Shown piece after piece: positions 38,445 through 48,853 of a stretch of 64,000 nucleotides of DNA. Within the stretch, counting starts at the first letter, position 1. Each line of letters starts with the position of its first letter. This DNA is from Actinomycetes bacterium (lineage in GTDB: Bacteria > Actinomycetota > Acidimicrobiia > Acidimicrobiales > Bog-793). A program made the translations under genes and the position numbers. The notes under the pieces are model-generated. The model ran no database searches and was not told the origin of the DNA. It saw only the letters and a program-made list of their open reading frames with translations. The stretch is from positions 7,699-71,698 of the forward strand of contig JAKABW010000002.1 in NCBI GenBank assembly GCA_021796535.1. Reading direction: 5' to 3'.

Positions 38445-40171
38445 CTATTGTTACTGTCGGGAATGTTATCAGATCGAAAAAGGATTTGATTGCTCTGGCG
38501 AAAAAGGCTGAGGCGGGTAAGACGATGGAATTGGAAGCTTTAATACAAAAAATCGATCATCTGGCCGTTCTCGGGGACGCAAAGAAAGCAGAGATTACGT
38601 CGATAGTTTGGCATCACAAAGAAGTTGTGCTCGGCTCTCTCTATTGTTGTTTGCCCGGAACGCGTTTTAACGGTCACGATTTTGCGACTCTCGCCATGTC
38701 CAGAGGGGCGGTTGCTTTTATATGCGAACACTCCGTACTGCCCGCCATTTCTTCCGGCGGGAAAAACTCCGGAGCGGCCATGTATCCGACAGATTTTGCC
38801 GGAGAAGATACCGAGGGTAATTCCGTGGGTGTCCTCTCAGCGGGCGAATCGGCGGCTTTGCCGGTAGTGCAAATTATAGTGGAGAGGGGCAAAGCCAGAA
38901 TCGCCATGGCCCAGGCTGCCTGCGCGTTTTACAATAACCCTTCGCAGGCCATGCTGACGATAGGGGTTACCGGTACGAACGGCAAAACCACCACGACTTT
39001 TATATTAAAGTCCATTCTGGAAGCGGCAGGCATTCCCACGGGGGTGATAGGCACCCTGGACGGCGCAAGAACGACTCCGGAATCGCCGGAATTGCAAAAA
39101 GCTTTGGCGGCTTACAAAGAAGCCGGCTATAAAGCCTGTGTCCTGGAAGTCACCTCTCATGCCTTGGCTCAAAACAGGGTCTACGGCATGAGCTTTGACG
39201 TAGCGGTGTTTACTAATCTCAGCCAGGACCATCTGGACTATCACGGGTCTATGGAAGACTACTTCCGGGCCAAAGCCAAATTGTTTTCGAGCAATCTGTC
39301 GAAAGTGGGTGTGGTCAACGCGGATGACCCCTACGGAAGGCAGCTGATGGAATCGGCCGACATAGAGACGGTTCCCTACAGCATCACCGACGCCAGGGAA
39401 TTGGAGATAGGCCCGGCCATAACGACGTTTGTTTTTGACGGTTACAGGGTCCGCCTGGCATTGGGCGGGGTATTCAACGTGGAAAACGCCCTCGCCGCCG
39501 CCAGCGCCGCAAAAGTCATGGGCATTTCCACAAAAGACATCGTGGCCGGCATTTCCGCCGCATATGCCGTTCCCGGCAGATTCGAACAAATAGAGGCGGA
39601 CAACGGGGTAAGGATAGTCGTGGACTTTGCCCATACTCCGGATGCCCTGCAAAAAGTTTTGAACGCCGCCGGGGCCACCTTGGAAGGTCCGGAAGCCGTG
39701 CTGACGGTGGTCTTCGGTTGCGGGGGAGACAGGGATAAAGGAAAGCGCCCCATCATGGGACAGATAGCCTCCATGTTTGCCGACAGAATCATTTTGACTT
39801 CGGACAATCCGAGGTCGGAAGACCCGGCGGCCATCATCGATCAGATCTTGGCGGGCATCAACCCTTCTTCCAAAGTCGAGCTGTTGGTGGAGCCGGACAG
39901 AAAAAAAGCCATAAGTCTGGCTCTTCAGACCTCCAAACCGGGCGATCTGATACTTATCGCCGGCAAAGGACACGAGTCCACGCAACAAGTGGGCGACGAA
40001 GTGTTTCCCTGTGACGACAGGAAAACGGTCAGCGAATTTTTGGCCATGACGTCCGATCCGTTTGCCGAACCCGTTATATGGCCAAGCAGCACCGTTTCAT
40101 CCGGACGTCAGCAAAAAGAGTATTTCCGCGATTTTGCGGATGACTCAGAACAGAAAGAACAGAACCGATGA
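38441..40171 (+). CDS. murE: UDP-MurNAc-dipeptide--meso-DAP ligase
   Basis: GVTGTNGKTT, TTPE, EVTSH, NLSQDHLD, DNPR (mDAP type) and AGKGHE. Confidence 0.95.
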   Translation: MTIVTVGNVIRSKKDLIALAKKAEAGKTMELEALIQKIDHLAVLGDAKKAEITSIVWHHKEVVLGSLYCCLPGTRFNGHDFATLAMSRGAVAFICEHSVLPAISSGGKNSGAAMYPTDFAGEDTEGNSVGVLSAGESAALPVVQIIVERGKARIAMAQAACAFYNNPSQAMLTIGVTGTNGKTTTTFILKSILEAAGIPTGVIGTLDGARTTPESPELQKALAAYKEAGYKACVLEVTSHALAQNRVYGMSFDVAVFTNLSQDHLDYHGSMEDYFRAKAKLFSSNLSKVGVVNADDPYGRQLMESADIETVPYSITDARELEIGPAITTFVFDGYRVRLALGGVFNVENALAAASAAKVMGISTKDIVAGISAAYAVPGRFEQIEADNGVRIVVDFAHTPDALQKVLNAAGATLEGPEAVLTVVFGCGGDRDKGKRPIMGQIASMFADRIILTSDNPRSEDPAAIIDQILAGINPSSKVELLVEPDRKKAISLALQTSKPGDLILIAGKGHESTQQVGDEVFPCDDRKTVSEFLAMTSDPFAEPVIWPSSTVSSGRQQKEYFRDFADDSEQKEQNR

Positions 40172-41208
40172 TAGCCATCTTTACAGCCGGCGGAATTTCC
40201 ATACTGATTTCTTCTTTCGGAACCCCCATCTTTCTCCGTTTTTTGAAAAGCAGACGGATAGGGCAGCAGATCAGAGAAGACGGTCCGGCAGGCCATGCCA
40301 TCAAAGCCGGCACGCCGACCATGGGCGGAATTATGATGATCGTTGCCGCGGTGGCCGGGTATTTGCTCAGTCATATCGGAACGGGGGCCGAGTTCACAAG
40401 ACAGGGATTTTTGGTGATTTGCGCCGTGGTTGCTTCCGGTCTGATAGGTCTCACGGACGACTTCATTAAGGTGAGCAGAAAGCGCAGTCTCGGTCTGAAC
40501 AAAAAAGCAAAAATATTTTTACAAATTTTGGTGGGTTTGGGTTTTTCTCTGGCGGCCACCTATTACGCCCACGGAGTCAGGACCCTTGCTTTTACCAGAT
40601 TTGATTTGCCGGCCATCGGTTTGCCGGTCGTGGCTTGGACGTTATGGGGTACATTCGTAATCGTTTCCGAATCAAACGCGGTAAATTTGACGGATGGGCT
40701 GGACGGTTTGGCGGCGGGATCTTCCGCTTTTGCTTTTACCGGGCTGGCCCTGATCGGCTATTGGCTTTCGCGCCACTATTCAATATACAGAGTGCCCATT
40801 CCTCACGCCATTGATATGTCCATTGTGGCGGCTTCTCTGGCGGGTTCCTGCGTCGGTTTTTTGTGGTGGAACGCCGCACCCGCCAGAATATTCATGGGAG
40901 ACACCGGTTCGCTGGCCATCGGAACCGGACTTGCCTGCCTGGCTTTGCAAACCAATACGGCACTGTTGTTGCCCATCATGGGAGGCCTCTTTTTGATTGT
41001 CACCTTATCCGTGGTGATACAGGTGGTCGCGTACCGGGGCTTTGGCAAACGTGTTTTTCGTATGGCGCCTCTGCATCATCATTTTGAGTTGGCGGGATGG
41101 CCGGAAACTACCGTCATAGTACGTTTTTGGATTATTTCGGCTCTGTTTACGGGTATGGCTTTGGGTGCGTTTTATGCCGATTATCTGAGTGTAAGGGTGT
41201 TGCACTGA
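40168..41208 (+). CDS. mraY: Phospho-N-acetylmuramoyl-pentapeptide transferase
   Basis: KAGTPTMGG, DDFIK, NAVNLTDGLDGL, FMGDTGS and MAPLHHHFE. Confidence 0.97.
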   Translation: MIAIFTAGGISILISSFGTPIFLRFLKSRRIGQQIREDGPAGHAIKAGTPTMGGIMMIVAAVAGYLLSHIGTGAEFTRQGFLVICAVVASGLIGLTDDFIKVSRKRSLGLNKKAKIFLQILVGLGFSLAATYYAHGVRTLAFTRFDLPAIGLPVVAWTLWGTFVIVSESNAVNLTDGLDGLAAGSSAFAFTGLALIGYWLSRHYSIYRVPIPHAIDMSIVAASLAGSCVGFLWWNAAPARIFMGDTGSLAIGTGLACLALQTNTALLLPIMGGLFLIVTLSVVIQVVAYRGFGKRVFRMAPLHHHFELAGWPETTVIVRFWIISALFTGMALGAFYADYLSVRVLH

Positions 41209-42806
41209 TGTCCGCGACCCTTGACGGAATGAATAAAAAGTCGGCTAAAAAAGCAGCTGTTGCCGACAGGTACCTGAAACTTGTGTACGGGGGCGGAGGT
41301 CCTTTGCCGACGCGGCGGCCATCCGAAACCCCTCCGGCCGGCGGCAGGACTTCCGTTTCGGTCCCCAAGCCTGCAGGCGGGAAGAAAAAATCCGTCGCGG
41401 ACAAAACCGGCCCTTTGCGTTCCCAGCAAAAAGACTACTATTTACGCCAAATCGGTGCGAGAAGAGCAAAAAAGATAGCGGTGCTGGTTTCGGTTTTGTC
41501 GATATTCGGGGTAGTCATAATTTTTGCCGCTTCCGCAGTCACCTCCGCCATCGGCGGCAGATCGCCTTTTTCTTTGGCCCTCCGTCAGGTTCTGTGGGTA
41601 TTCTGCGGCGGGGTGGGTTATTTGCTTGCCAGCAAAATGTCTTTGCAGAAGGTACGCGATTTGTCCAAACCGCTTTTGGCTATTTCCGCCGCTCTGCTTT
41701 TTCTCGTTCTGCTGCCCGGTATTTCCAAGCATTCGGGGGGAGCCAGCCGCTGGATAGGAGTAGGACCCTTTGATATTCAGCCGTCGGAACTTGCCAAGTT
41801 GGCCTTTGCCGTTTTTGTCGCAGATCTGATCGACAGAAGGAAGCACAGCAAAAATTACGTAAAGGATTTGGTATTTCCGGTCGGAGCCATGGCGGCAATA
41901 CTGGGAATCATGATTATGCGCCAGCCGGACCTGGGTACCACCATTATTATCCTGGGCATAGGTTTGATGGAGATGGGCGTGTCCCATTTGCCGAAGAAAA
42001 TCTTTATCACCACTCTCTCCGTCGCCATAGCCGTCGTGACGGTGCTTTCTCTGATTGAGCCCTACAGATTTAAGAGGCTGTTGTCGTTTGTCAACCCCTT
42101 TGCCCATGCCAGCGGGTCGGGATATCAGCTTGCCCAATCAATGCTGGCCCTGGGACAGGGTCACATCACCGGTGCGGGTCTGGCCTCGTCGCCCATGGCT
42201 TGGGGGCTTTTGCCGAATGCACAAACAGATTTTATTTTTTCCGTTGTCGGCAACGATATGGGCATTTTGGGGACCCTGGCAATTCTGGCGGCTTTTTCCG
42301 TTTTGTTTATTCTCGGAATAAAAACGGCTCTTTCCGCCAAAGATATTTTTTCGTCGTATCTGGCAATAGGTTTGATGGTGTTGATATGCGGTCAGGCGTT
42401 TTTGAACATAGCCGGCGTGATAGGAATTATGCCCGAGACAGGCATACCGCTTCCGTTTTTCTCCTCCGGCGGATCTTCTCTGATCGTGGTCCTTACCGCT
42501 TGCGGTTTGTTGACCAACATAGCAAGACATCCTCTCGGTGTCACGCGTCCCAAGAGAAGCCGTTTTGGGGAAAACGGTACAAAGTATGCTTATTTTGCGC
42601 AACAAAAGCGGGTTTCGAGAAGAACGGAGATAACAGCTTACCGCAGGCAAAATGAGAATGTAAGTTATGCCGACTCAAGCGCCGGACGGGGGGAAGGGCG
42701 CAACGCTGTTTCCGGATACCCCGGTCCCAATGTGAGACGGGGCGGAAATCGTTCCGGTGTTTACGAATACGGAGAACCTATCGATTTACGCAAGCGGTAT
42801 TTATGA
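41208..42806 (+). CDS. ftsW: SEDS peptidoglycan polymerase FtsW
   Basis: GGASRWI, IQPSELAK, QPDLGT, GYQL, AQTDFIF and GIPLPFFSSGGSS; ATG overlaps the mraY TGA. Confidence 0.93.
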   Translation: MSATLDGMNKKSAKKAAVADRYLKLVYGGGGPLPTRRPSETPPAGGRTSVSVPKPAGGKKKSVADKTGPLRSQQKDYYLRQIGARRAKKIAVLVSVLSIFGVVIIFAASAVTSAIGGRSPFSLALRQVLWVFCGGVGYLLASKMSLQKVRDLSKPLLAISAALLFLVLLPGISKHSGGASRWIGVGPFDIQPSELAKLAFAVFVADLIDRRKHSKNYVKDLVFPVGAMAAILGIMIMRQPDLGTTIIILGIGLMEMGVSHLPKKIFITTLSVAIAVVTVLSLIEPYRFKRLLSFVNPFAHASGSGYQLAQSMLALGQGHITGAGLASSPMAWGLLPNAQTDFIFSVVGNDMGILGTLAILAAFSVLFILGIKTALSAKDIFSSYLAIGLMVLICGQAFLNIAGVIGIMPETGIPLPFFSSGGSSLIVVLTACGLLTNIARHPLGVTRPKRSRFGENGTKYAYFAQQKRVSRRTEITAYRRQNENVSYADSSAGRGEGRNAVSGYPGPNVRRGGNRSGVYEYGEPIDLRKRYL

Positions 42807-44167
42807 CGGCCGCGAAAGTTGAAGCGTCTGCGAACGGAAAAGATAAGACTTATAAATTTGTCTTTGCCGGCGGCGGTACGGCGGGACACATCGTCCCGGG
42901 CCTTGCGGTGGCCGCGGCGCTCGTCGATACCGGATACAAAAAAGACGATATCCTGTTTATGGGTTCGACTAAAGGAATGGAAAAATTTCTTATTCCAAAA
43001 GCCGGTTATGACATAAGGCTTTACGACACCAAAGGTCTCGTCCGCCGGCTCTCTTTGGAAAATTTCTTCAAAGTTCTCGAAATGTCGGCCGACAATTCCA
43101 GGTCTTTTCTTCGGGCTTTGAAGGATTTGCGGCGCATCAAACCCGACCTTATTGTCATGCTGGGGGGCTATGCCGGTTTGATTCCCGCTTTGGCGGGGCT
43201 GGTTCTGGGGGCCAAGGTGGCGGTGGTTAACGTCGACTCCGTTCCGGGACTTTCGAACAGAATCGTGGGCAGATTTGCCGCGGTCAATACGCTGCCGCAG
43301 GCTGTCCCCGGCGTAAAGCGCGCCGTGGTGACCGGAACTCCGATCAGAACCGATGCGGCGTCGAGAAAAAATTTTCTGTTGCAAAACGACAACGGGATCC
43401 GCTCGTCGGCAATAAAAGTTTTTTTCGGTACCGCCAGCACTCCCGGGTCCGACCAAGGGCCGGACGGGACGCCCGGGACCCGGGATCCGCTTTTTTTCAC
43501 GGTGATGTCGGGTTCCCTGGGGGCTTACAGCATCAATAAAGTCTTGCCGCGCCTGGTTGGGGCCATGGCGGAAAAAAGCATTTTCGGAAGCCGGCCGTTG
43601 TTCGTTTATCACGTCACCGGCGAAAGGGATTTTGACCTGACCGTTGCCGATTGCGGGAAAACGTTTACGGCGGAAACGGGTGAGAAAAACGGTTCGGGGG
43701 CCAAAAAAGCGTACAAAACAGAGCTCCGCAAAGAAGGGGAGAGGAAAACCGTTTTTTCTTTGCTGAGCGCGGACGGTTCCCGGCTTTTGGCCGAGTACTG
43801 CCTTGCCGCCTACGAAGACCGGATACCGGAATTGATGGAGGCGTCCGATCTTTTTCTGGGCAGGGCGGGAGCTTCCACGGTGGCCGAAATTGCCGCCATA
43901 GGGGTGCCCTCCGTCCTGGTGCCTTTGCCGAAGGCCCCGAGGGACCATCAGAGGGAAAACATCGACGAAATGGCAAAAAAGGGCGCTTTGATCGGGATTG
44001 ACGACGCCGACCTCACTTGGGACAATCTTTTCGGTCTCATCCCATCCCTCCTCGGAGACGGGGAAAGGCGGAGAGAAATGGCTCTTCGTCTTTACGAATT
44101 CGGAGAACGGGAGGCCGCCGCAACCGTGGCCGGTTTGTTGAGCCGCCTGGCGGGGGAGGGCGCATGA
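42803..44167 (+). CDS. murG: Lipid II N-acetylglucosaminyltransferase
   Basis: GGGTAGH, GGY, SGSLGA, GRAGASTVAE and DHQ; two long insertions. Confidence 0.92.
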   Translation: MTAAKVEASANGKDKTYKFVFAGGGTAGHIVPGLAVAAALVDTGYKKDDILFMGSTKGMEKFLIPKAGYDIRLYDTKGLVRRLSLENFFKVLEMSADNSRSFLRALKDLRRIKPDLIVMLGGYAGLIPALAGLVLGAKVAVVNVDSVPGLSNRIVGRFAAVNTLPQAVPGVKRAVVTGTPIRTDAASRKNFLLQNDNGIRSSAIKVFFGTASTPGSDQGPDGTPGTRDPLFFTVMSGSLGAYSINKVLPRLVGAMAEKSIFGSRPLFVYHVTGERDFDLTVADCGKTFTAETGEKNGSGAKKAYKTELRKEGERKTVFSLLSADGSRLLAEYCLAAYEDRIPELMEASDLFLGRAGASTVAEIAAIGVPSVLVPLPKAPRDHQRENIDEMAKKGALIGIDDADLTWDNLFGLIPSLLGDGERRREMALRLYEFGEREAAATVAGLLSRLAGEGA

Positions 44168-44242
44168 GACGGCAAAAAATTTTTCTCCGACCGTCCCATT
44201 TGTCTGCAAAAAAGATTTTTATTTTACGGGAGAAGAACTCAG

Positions 44243-45628
44243 ATGAATTTGTTTGACCTGAACAATTGTCGCAAGATACACATCGTGGGGATAGGCGGCG
44301 CCGGAATGAGCGCCATCGCCGCCGTGCTGAAATCCATAGGATTTGACGTCAGCGGCAGCGATGTCCGCCGCAGTCACGCTTTGGACAGATTGGAGGCACA
44401 GGGCATCCGGATCTACCTGGGACACAGCGAAGAAAACGGTTTGTCGGGCGATCTGCTTACCTATTCTTCGGCCGTTCCGATTTCCAATCCGGAGCTTCTG
44501 GCTGCTGCGGCCAGAGGAATACCGGTCGTTCCCCGCAGTGAAATCCTGGCGGCCATCTCGGCCATGAAAAGATCTCTTTGCGTGGCCGGCACACACGGAA
44601 AAACTACCACCACAACCATGCTCGGAATGATACTGGCCGAAGCGGGACTTTCGCCTTCTCTGATCGTGGGCGGGGACGTCAACGAAATCGGGAGCAATGC
44701 GATTTGGGGCGAAGGAGAATTTTTGGTTCTGGAAGCCGACGAAAGCGACGGAACTTTCTTGAAACTTGCCACGGATATCGCCGTGGTAACCAGCATAGAG
44801 GCAGATCATCTCGATTTTTACGGTTCTTTTGACGCTTTGACCGAAGCTTACAGGCGCTTCGTTGACAATGCCGAATCGGGGGCCGTTCTTTGTGCTGACG
44901 ACAATGTCATTTCCGGCATGAATATAAGGGGCAATAACCTGCATTACTACGGCACTTCGGAAAAGGCCGATTATCGGATTTGCAATTTCAGTCCTTCGAG
45001 AAACGGAGTGGCTTTCGATATCGTGTTTGATTCGGAGCTCCTCGGTCACGTGGATATGCCGGTGTTCGGCGAACACAACGCCAGAAATGCCGCGGCTGCC
45101 ATAGCGGCGTCGTTACTGGCGGGAGCGTCTTTTGACTCCGCCGTTTCCGCGTTGTCCCGTTTTGCCGGAGTAGCCAGGCGCTTTGAGTTCCGCGGGGAAG
45201 CCAGAGGCGTGACTTTTGTGGATGATTACGCCCATCTGCCGGGAGAAATTAAAGCGACCCTGGCGGCCGCCAAACAACTTGAAGCCGGACGCGTCGTGGC
45301 GGTATTTCAGCCCCACCGCTATTCGAGAATCGCCTCTCTGGCCAATGATTTCGGTTCTGCTTTCCATGACGCGGATTTGGTTGTCGTAACCGACGTTTAT
45401 CCGGCCGGTGAAAAACCGTTGCCGGGCGTAACCGGCGAACTTGTATCTTCGGCCGTGCGCCGCAACACGGAACCGGCATCCGTGTATTACTGCCCCGGCA
45501 GAAAAGAACTGGTGGAATTGCTGAAAGAAACTTTGCGGGAAGGCGACCTCTGTCTCAGCCTGTCGGCGGGCGATTTGTCAAGTTTGCCGGAGGAGATTAT
45601 GGGGGAGTGGTCTGCCAATTTCGGTTGA
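44243..45628 (+). CDS. murC: UDP-N-acetylmuramate--L-alanine ligase
   Basis: GIGGAGMS, GTHGKTTT, EADESD, DDYAH and FQPHRYSR. Confidence 0.97.
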   Translation: MNLFDLNNCRKIHIVGIGGAGMSAIAAVLKSIGFDVSGSDVRRSHALDRLEAQGIRIYLGHSEENGLSGDLLTYSSAVPISNPELLAAAARGIPVVPRSEILAAISAMKRSLCVAGTHGKTTTTTMLGMILAEAGLSPSLIVGGDVNEIGSNAIWGEGEFLVLEADESDGTFLKLATDIAVVTSIEADHLDFYGSFDALTEAYRRFVDNAESGAVLCADDNVISGMNIRGNNLHYYGTSEKADYRICNFSPSRNGVAFDIVFDSELLGHVDMPVFGEHNARNAAAAIAASLLAGASFDSAVSALSRFAGVARRFEFRGEARGVTFVDDYAHLPGEIKATLAAAKQLEAGRVVAVFQPHRYSRIASLANDFGSAFHDADLVVVTDVYPAGEKPLPGVTGELVSSAVRRNTEPASVYYCPGRKELVELLKETLREGDLCLSLSAGDLSSLPEEIMGEWSANFG

Positions 45629-45694
45629 AAGCGTTTCCGGAGTATACAATGGCCTGATGGGATCACGATTTGGGGATATGCGGCCGGTGTAGAT

Positions 45695-46651
45695 ATGGAA
45701 AGATTCGAAAAAGACAGCGAACTGAGCGACAGGCTGGCAATTGCCGCCGGTATTCTGACTGCGGAAAAGAAAGAAAACGTTTTTTTTGACTTTCCCATCG
45801 GTCAAAAGACAACTTACAGAGCGGGAGGCAGCGCCGCCCTCTTTTTACTGATCGACAATCCGGGTGACCTTTATCCGCTGGCTGCCGCCCTGCGGGAGTC
45901 TTCCCTTGCCATGCTTTGTCTTGGCAAGGGCTCCAATACGTTGGTATCCGAGAGCGGCTTTGTCGGCATTTGCTGTGCGCTGTCGGACAGTTTTTCTTAT
46001 GTAAAAACGGATAAGAAAAATCTCACAGTCACATGCGGGGCCGCCGCCGCGCTGCCCCAGATCGCCAGACAAAGCACCGCGGCGGGACTGTCCGGATTGG
46101 AATGGGCCGTCGGGATACCCGGCTCTTGCGGGGGTGCCGTCTTTATGAATGCCGGGGGACACGGCTCCGATGTCGCTTCCGTCATCAAGCAGGCAAGCGT
46201 TTTTGATATCGAGAGACAAGAGATTTTGCACAGCAAAAGTGAAGAGATGGTTTTTTCTTACAGACACTCCCCGCTATCAGGCCGGGAGATAGTTTTGGAA
46301 GCGGTTTTTAATGTCACGCCGGGAGACGTGCAAAAATCACTTGCGGTTATTCAAGAAATTGTGGCCTGGAGAAGAGTAAATCAGCCCGGCGGGAAAAATG
46401 CCGGTTCGGTGTTTAAAAATCCGCAGGGGCTGTCGGTCGGGAAATTGCTCGACGATCTGGGCTTCAAAGGATTCCGATACAATTCGGCCTGTATTTCGGA
46501 AAAACACGCCAACTTTTTTCAGCTGGATCCCGGCGGGAAGAGTGACGATGTTTTTGTGCTCATCGAAATGGTCCGCGGCAAAGTGTTGAAAGAAACAGGC
46601 ATAGTCCTGGAGCCGGAAGTAAAACTCGTCGGTTTTGAGAGCTTGCGGTAG
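45695..46651 (+). CDS. murB: UDP-N-acetylenolpyruvoylglucosamine reductase
   Basis: GKGSN, GIPGSCGGAVFMNAG, NAGSVFKNP, SEKHANF and LEPEV. Confidence 0.95.
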   Translation: MERFEKDSELSDRLAIAAGILTAEKKENVFFDFPIGQKTTYRAGGSAALFLLIDNPGDLYPLAAALRESSLAMLCLGKGSNTLVSESGFVGICCALSDSFSYVKTDKKNLTVTCGAAAALPQIARQSTAAGLSGLEWAVGIPGSCGGAVFMNAGGHGSDVASVIKQASVFDIERQEILHSKSEEMVFSYRHSPLSGREIVLEAVFNVTPGDVQKSLAVIQEIVAWRRVNQPGGKNAGSVFKNPQGLSVGKLLDDLGFKGFRYNSACISEKHANFFQLDPGGKSDDVFVLIEMVRGKVLKETGIVLEPEVKLVGFESLR

Positions 46652-46780
46652 TCAATTGTCACAAAATAGACAATTACTGACTGAAATATAAGCTTAGTTC
46701 TATGCAAAAACTGTGCACAAAAATTATTGTCTTTCCACAGTGGATAATTTTTGCGGTTGGTACTAATATGGTAAGGATAA

Positions 46781-47557
46781 ATGGGTTCTAAAACTTTACC
46801 AAAGGTAACCGATGCATTTTCACCTGCGACCTTCCAAAACTCAGCCCTCAGGAGCAAGAGAGGCAAAATTGTGACGCTCGTTACCCTTTGCGTTATGGCG
46901 CTTGCGGTGGCGATACTTTTTTTGCTCTACTCCCCATTTTTTTCGGCGCGGACAATTTGGGTGCAGGGTTCTCCTTATCTTTCCAAACAACAGGTACTTT
47001 CCGTCGCCCAGGTGTCGGAGGCAACCCCCCTGTTTGACGTAAATCCCGGACACGTCTCGGCTTTGCTAGAGCGGGACCCCTGGATAGAAAAAGCAACGGT
47101 CAGCGTGCTTTGGCCTTCGAAGATTCTAATACGCGTGCGGGAAGCAAAACCTGTGGGATTTTTGCAACTGACCAACGGGTCTGATGTCATCGTCGGTTCG
47201 AACGGCAAGGTCCTGTCTTCCCCGCCCGCCGCATCCGGGTTGCCCCGGTTCGTTTTGCCCTCCGGACTTTCTCCCCAAAAAGCCTCTGCCGAGCGTTTGC
47301 CGTCTTCTCTTCTGACGGAAGACGAGATCATGACCGCTATGCCCAACTCTTTGACCGGCTACGTAAAAAATATCCATTACCTGAACGCCCTGGGTGCAGA
47401 GTTGGTCTTGCAAAACGGGACGGATGTCGTTTTTGGGAATTCTTTTAATCTGAGGGAAAAGTGGATTGCTTTAGCGACTATGATAACCAAAACGAATATT
47501 AATAAGGATCGGGAAATAGATTTAAGGGATCCCAACTTGCCGGTTGTGACCCAGTGA
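46781..47557 (+). CDS. ftsQ: Cell division protein FtsQ/DivIB
   Basis: TM, POTRA-like (PWIEKATV..WP...I.VRE) and C-terminal IDLRDP..PV. Confidence 0.9.
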   Translation: MGSKTLPKVTDAFSPATFQNSALRSKRGKIVTLVTLCVMALAVAILFLLYSPFFSARTIWVQGSPYLSKQQVLSVAQVSEATPLFDVNPGHVSALLERDPWIEKATVSVLWPSKILIRVREAKPVGFLQLTNGSDVIVGSNGKVLSSPPAASGLPRFVLPSGLSPQKASAERLPSSLLTEDEIMTAMPNSLTGYVKNIHYLNALGAELVLQNGTDVVFGNSFNLREKWIALATMITKTNINKDREIDLRDPNLPVVTQ

Positions 47558-47620
47558 GAGTTTGCACAGGTTTCAATAAGTTGCACTTTGAAACCAAAAT
47601 TGACAGGAAGGCGATGACTT

Positions 47621-48763
47621 ATGGATAGTTCATCACAAGGCTTTATCGCAGTTATAAAAGTAGTGGGAGTGGGCGGCGCCGGTGTAAATGCGGTCAACCG
47701 TATGATTGACGCCGGTCTGCGGGGCGTCGAATTTATAGGCGTAAATACAGACGCCCAGGCACTTTTGATGAGCGATGCCGACATCAAGTTGGATATAGGA
47801 CGCCAGACGACGCGCGGCCTCGGAGCGGGAAGCGATCCCGAGGTCGGCAGAGCAGCGGCCGAAGAACACAAAGAAGAAATAGAAGAGCTTTTAAAAGGCG
47901 CCGACATGGTCTTTATTACGGCCGGCGAAGGCGGCGGCACCGGGACGGGAGGTGCTCCCGTCGTGGCGGAAGTGGCCAAGAGTCTGGGGGCTTTGACCAT
48001 AGGCGTTGTCACCAGACCGTTCGATTTTGAAGGGAGAAGAAGAGCCCTTCAAGCCGAAGAGGGCATCAAAAAACTGAAAGACAAAGTCGATACTCTGATA
48101 GTCATTCCGAACCAAAGACTTCTCACTCTGGCCGATGCCAAAACTTCGATGGTGGACGCTTTCAGAATGGCGGACGAGGTCTTACTGCAGGGCGTGGGCG
48201 GCATTACCGATCTGATCAACGTTCCGGGCGTCATAAACATAGACTTTGCCGACGTAAAAATGATTATGGCGGATGCCGGTACCGCCATCATGGGAATCGG
48301 CACCGCAACAGGGGAAGGCAGGGCGGCCAATGCGGCCCGCCATGCCATCAAGAGTCCGCTTCTGGAGTCTTCGATCGACGGAGCCAGGGGCATACTTTTG
48401 AACATAGCCGGCGGACCGGGACTCGGCCTTCTCGAGGTAAGCGAAGCGGCTTCCATAGTGCAGGAAGTGGCGCACCCGGATGCCAACATCATTTTTGGAA
48501 ACGTCATCGACAGTTCTCTTTCCGACTCGGTGAGGGTAACGGTCATCGCCGCCGGGTTCAGCGACTACACGGACGGCGCTTTGGCCGGATCGGAGCCGAA
48601 ATTCGCCGCCGCCGATAAAGCTGATCATGCAAAGCAGAGCTTGTCTTCCCGCCCGCAGCAAAACGGAACAACCCCGGAAAAGAAAAAAATAGACGTATTT
48701 GCCATTTTGGACGACAAAGACGACTTAGACGACGATTTTGACGTTCCCTCTTTTCTGAAGTAA
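47621..48763 (+). CDS. ftsZ: Cell division GTPase FtsZ
   Basis: [18 protein letters not shown] and C-terminal DFDVPSFLK. Confidence 0.98.
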   Translation: MDSSSQGFIAVIKVVGVGGAGVNAVNRMIDAGLRGVEFIGVNTDAQALLMSDADIKLDIGRQTTRGLGAGSDPEVGRAAAEEHKEEIEELLKGADMVFITAGEGGGTGTGGAPVVAEVAKSLGALTIGVVTRPFDFEGRRRALQAEEGIKKLKDKVDTLIVIPNQRLLTLADAKTSMVDAFRMADEVLLQGVGGITDLINVPGVINIDFADVKMIMADAGTAIMGIGTATGEGRAANAARHAIKSPLLESSIDGARGILLNIAGGPGLGLLEVSEAASIVQEVAHPDANIIFGNVIDSSLSDSVRVTVIAAGFSDYTDGALAGSEPKFAAADKADHAKQSLSSRPQQNGTTPEKKKIDVFAILDDKDDLDDDFDVPSFLK

Positions 48764-48853
48764 CACGGGCAGCGCCCATATTTGTAACGTTACTTTTTGA
48801 AGGGAATGCCGGGGGTGTGTTGCTTTTGGCACAAACAGCGGTAATCTGTATAT

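Noticed and set aside
38441-44167. Insertions in MurE and MurG as inteins
   Set aside because: Too short (~40-50 aa) and lacking the Cys/Ser start and His-Asn end splice motifs
42761-44209. Long antisense ORFs (also 7920-9107, 36960-38267, 39005-39988)
   Set aside because: Shadow frames of conserved genes with no recognisable motifs
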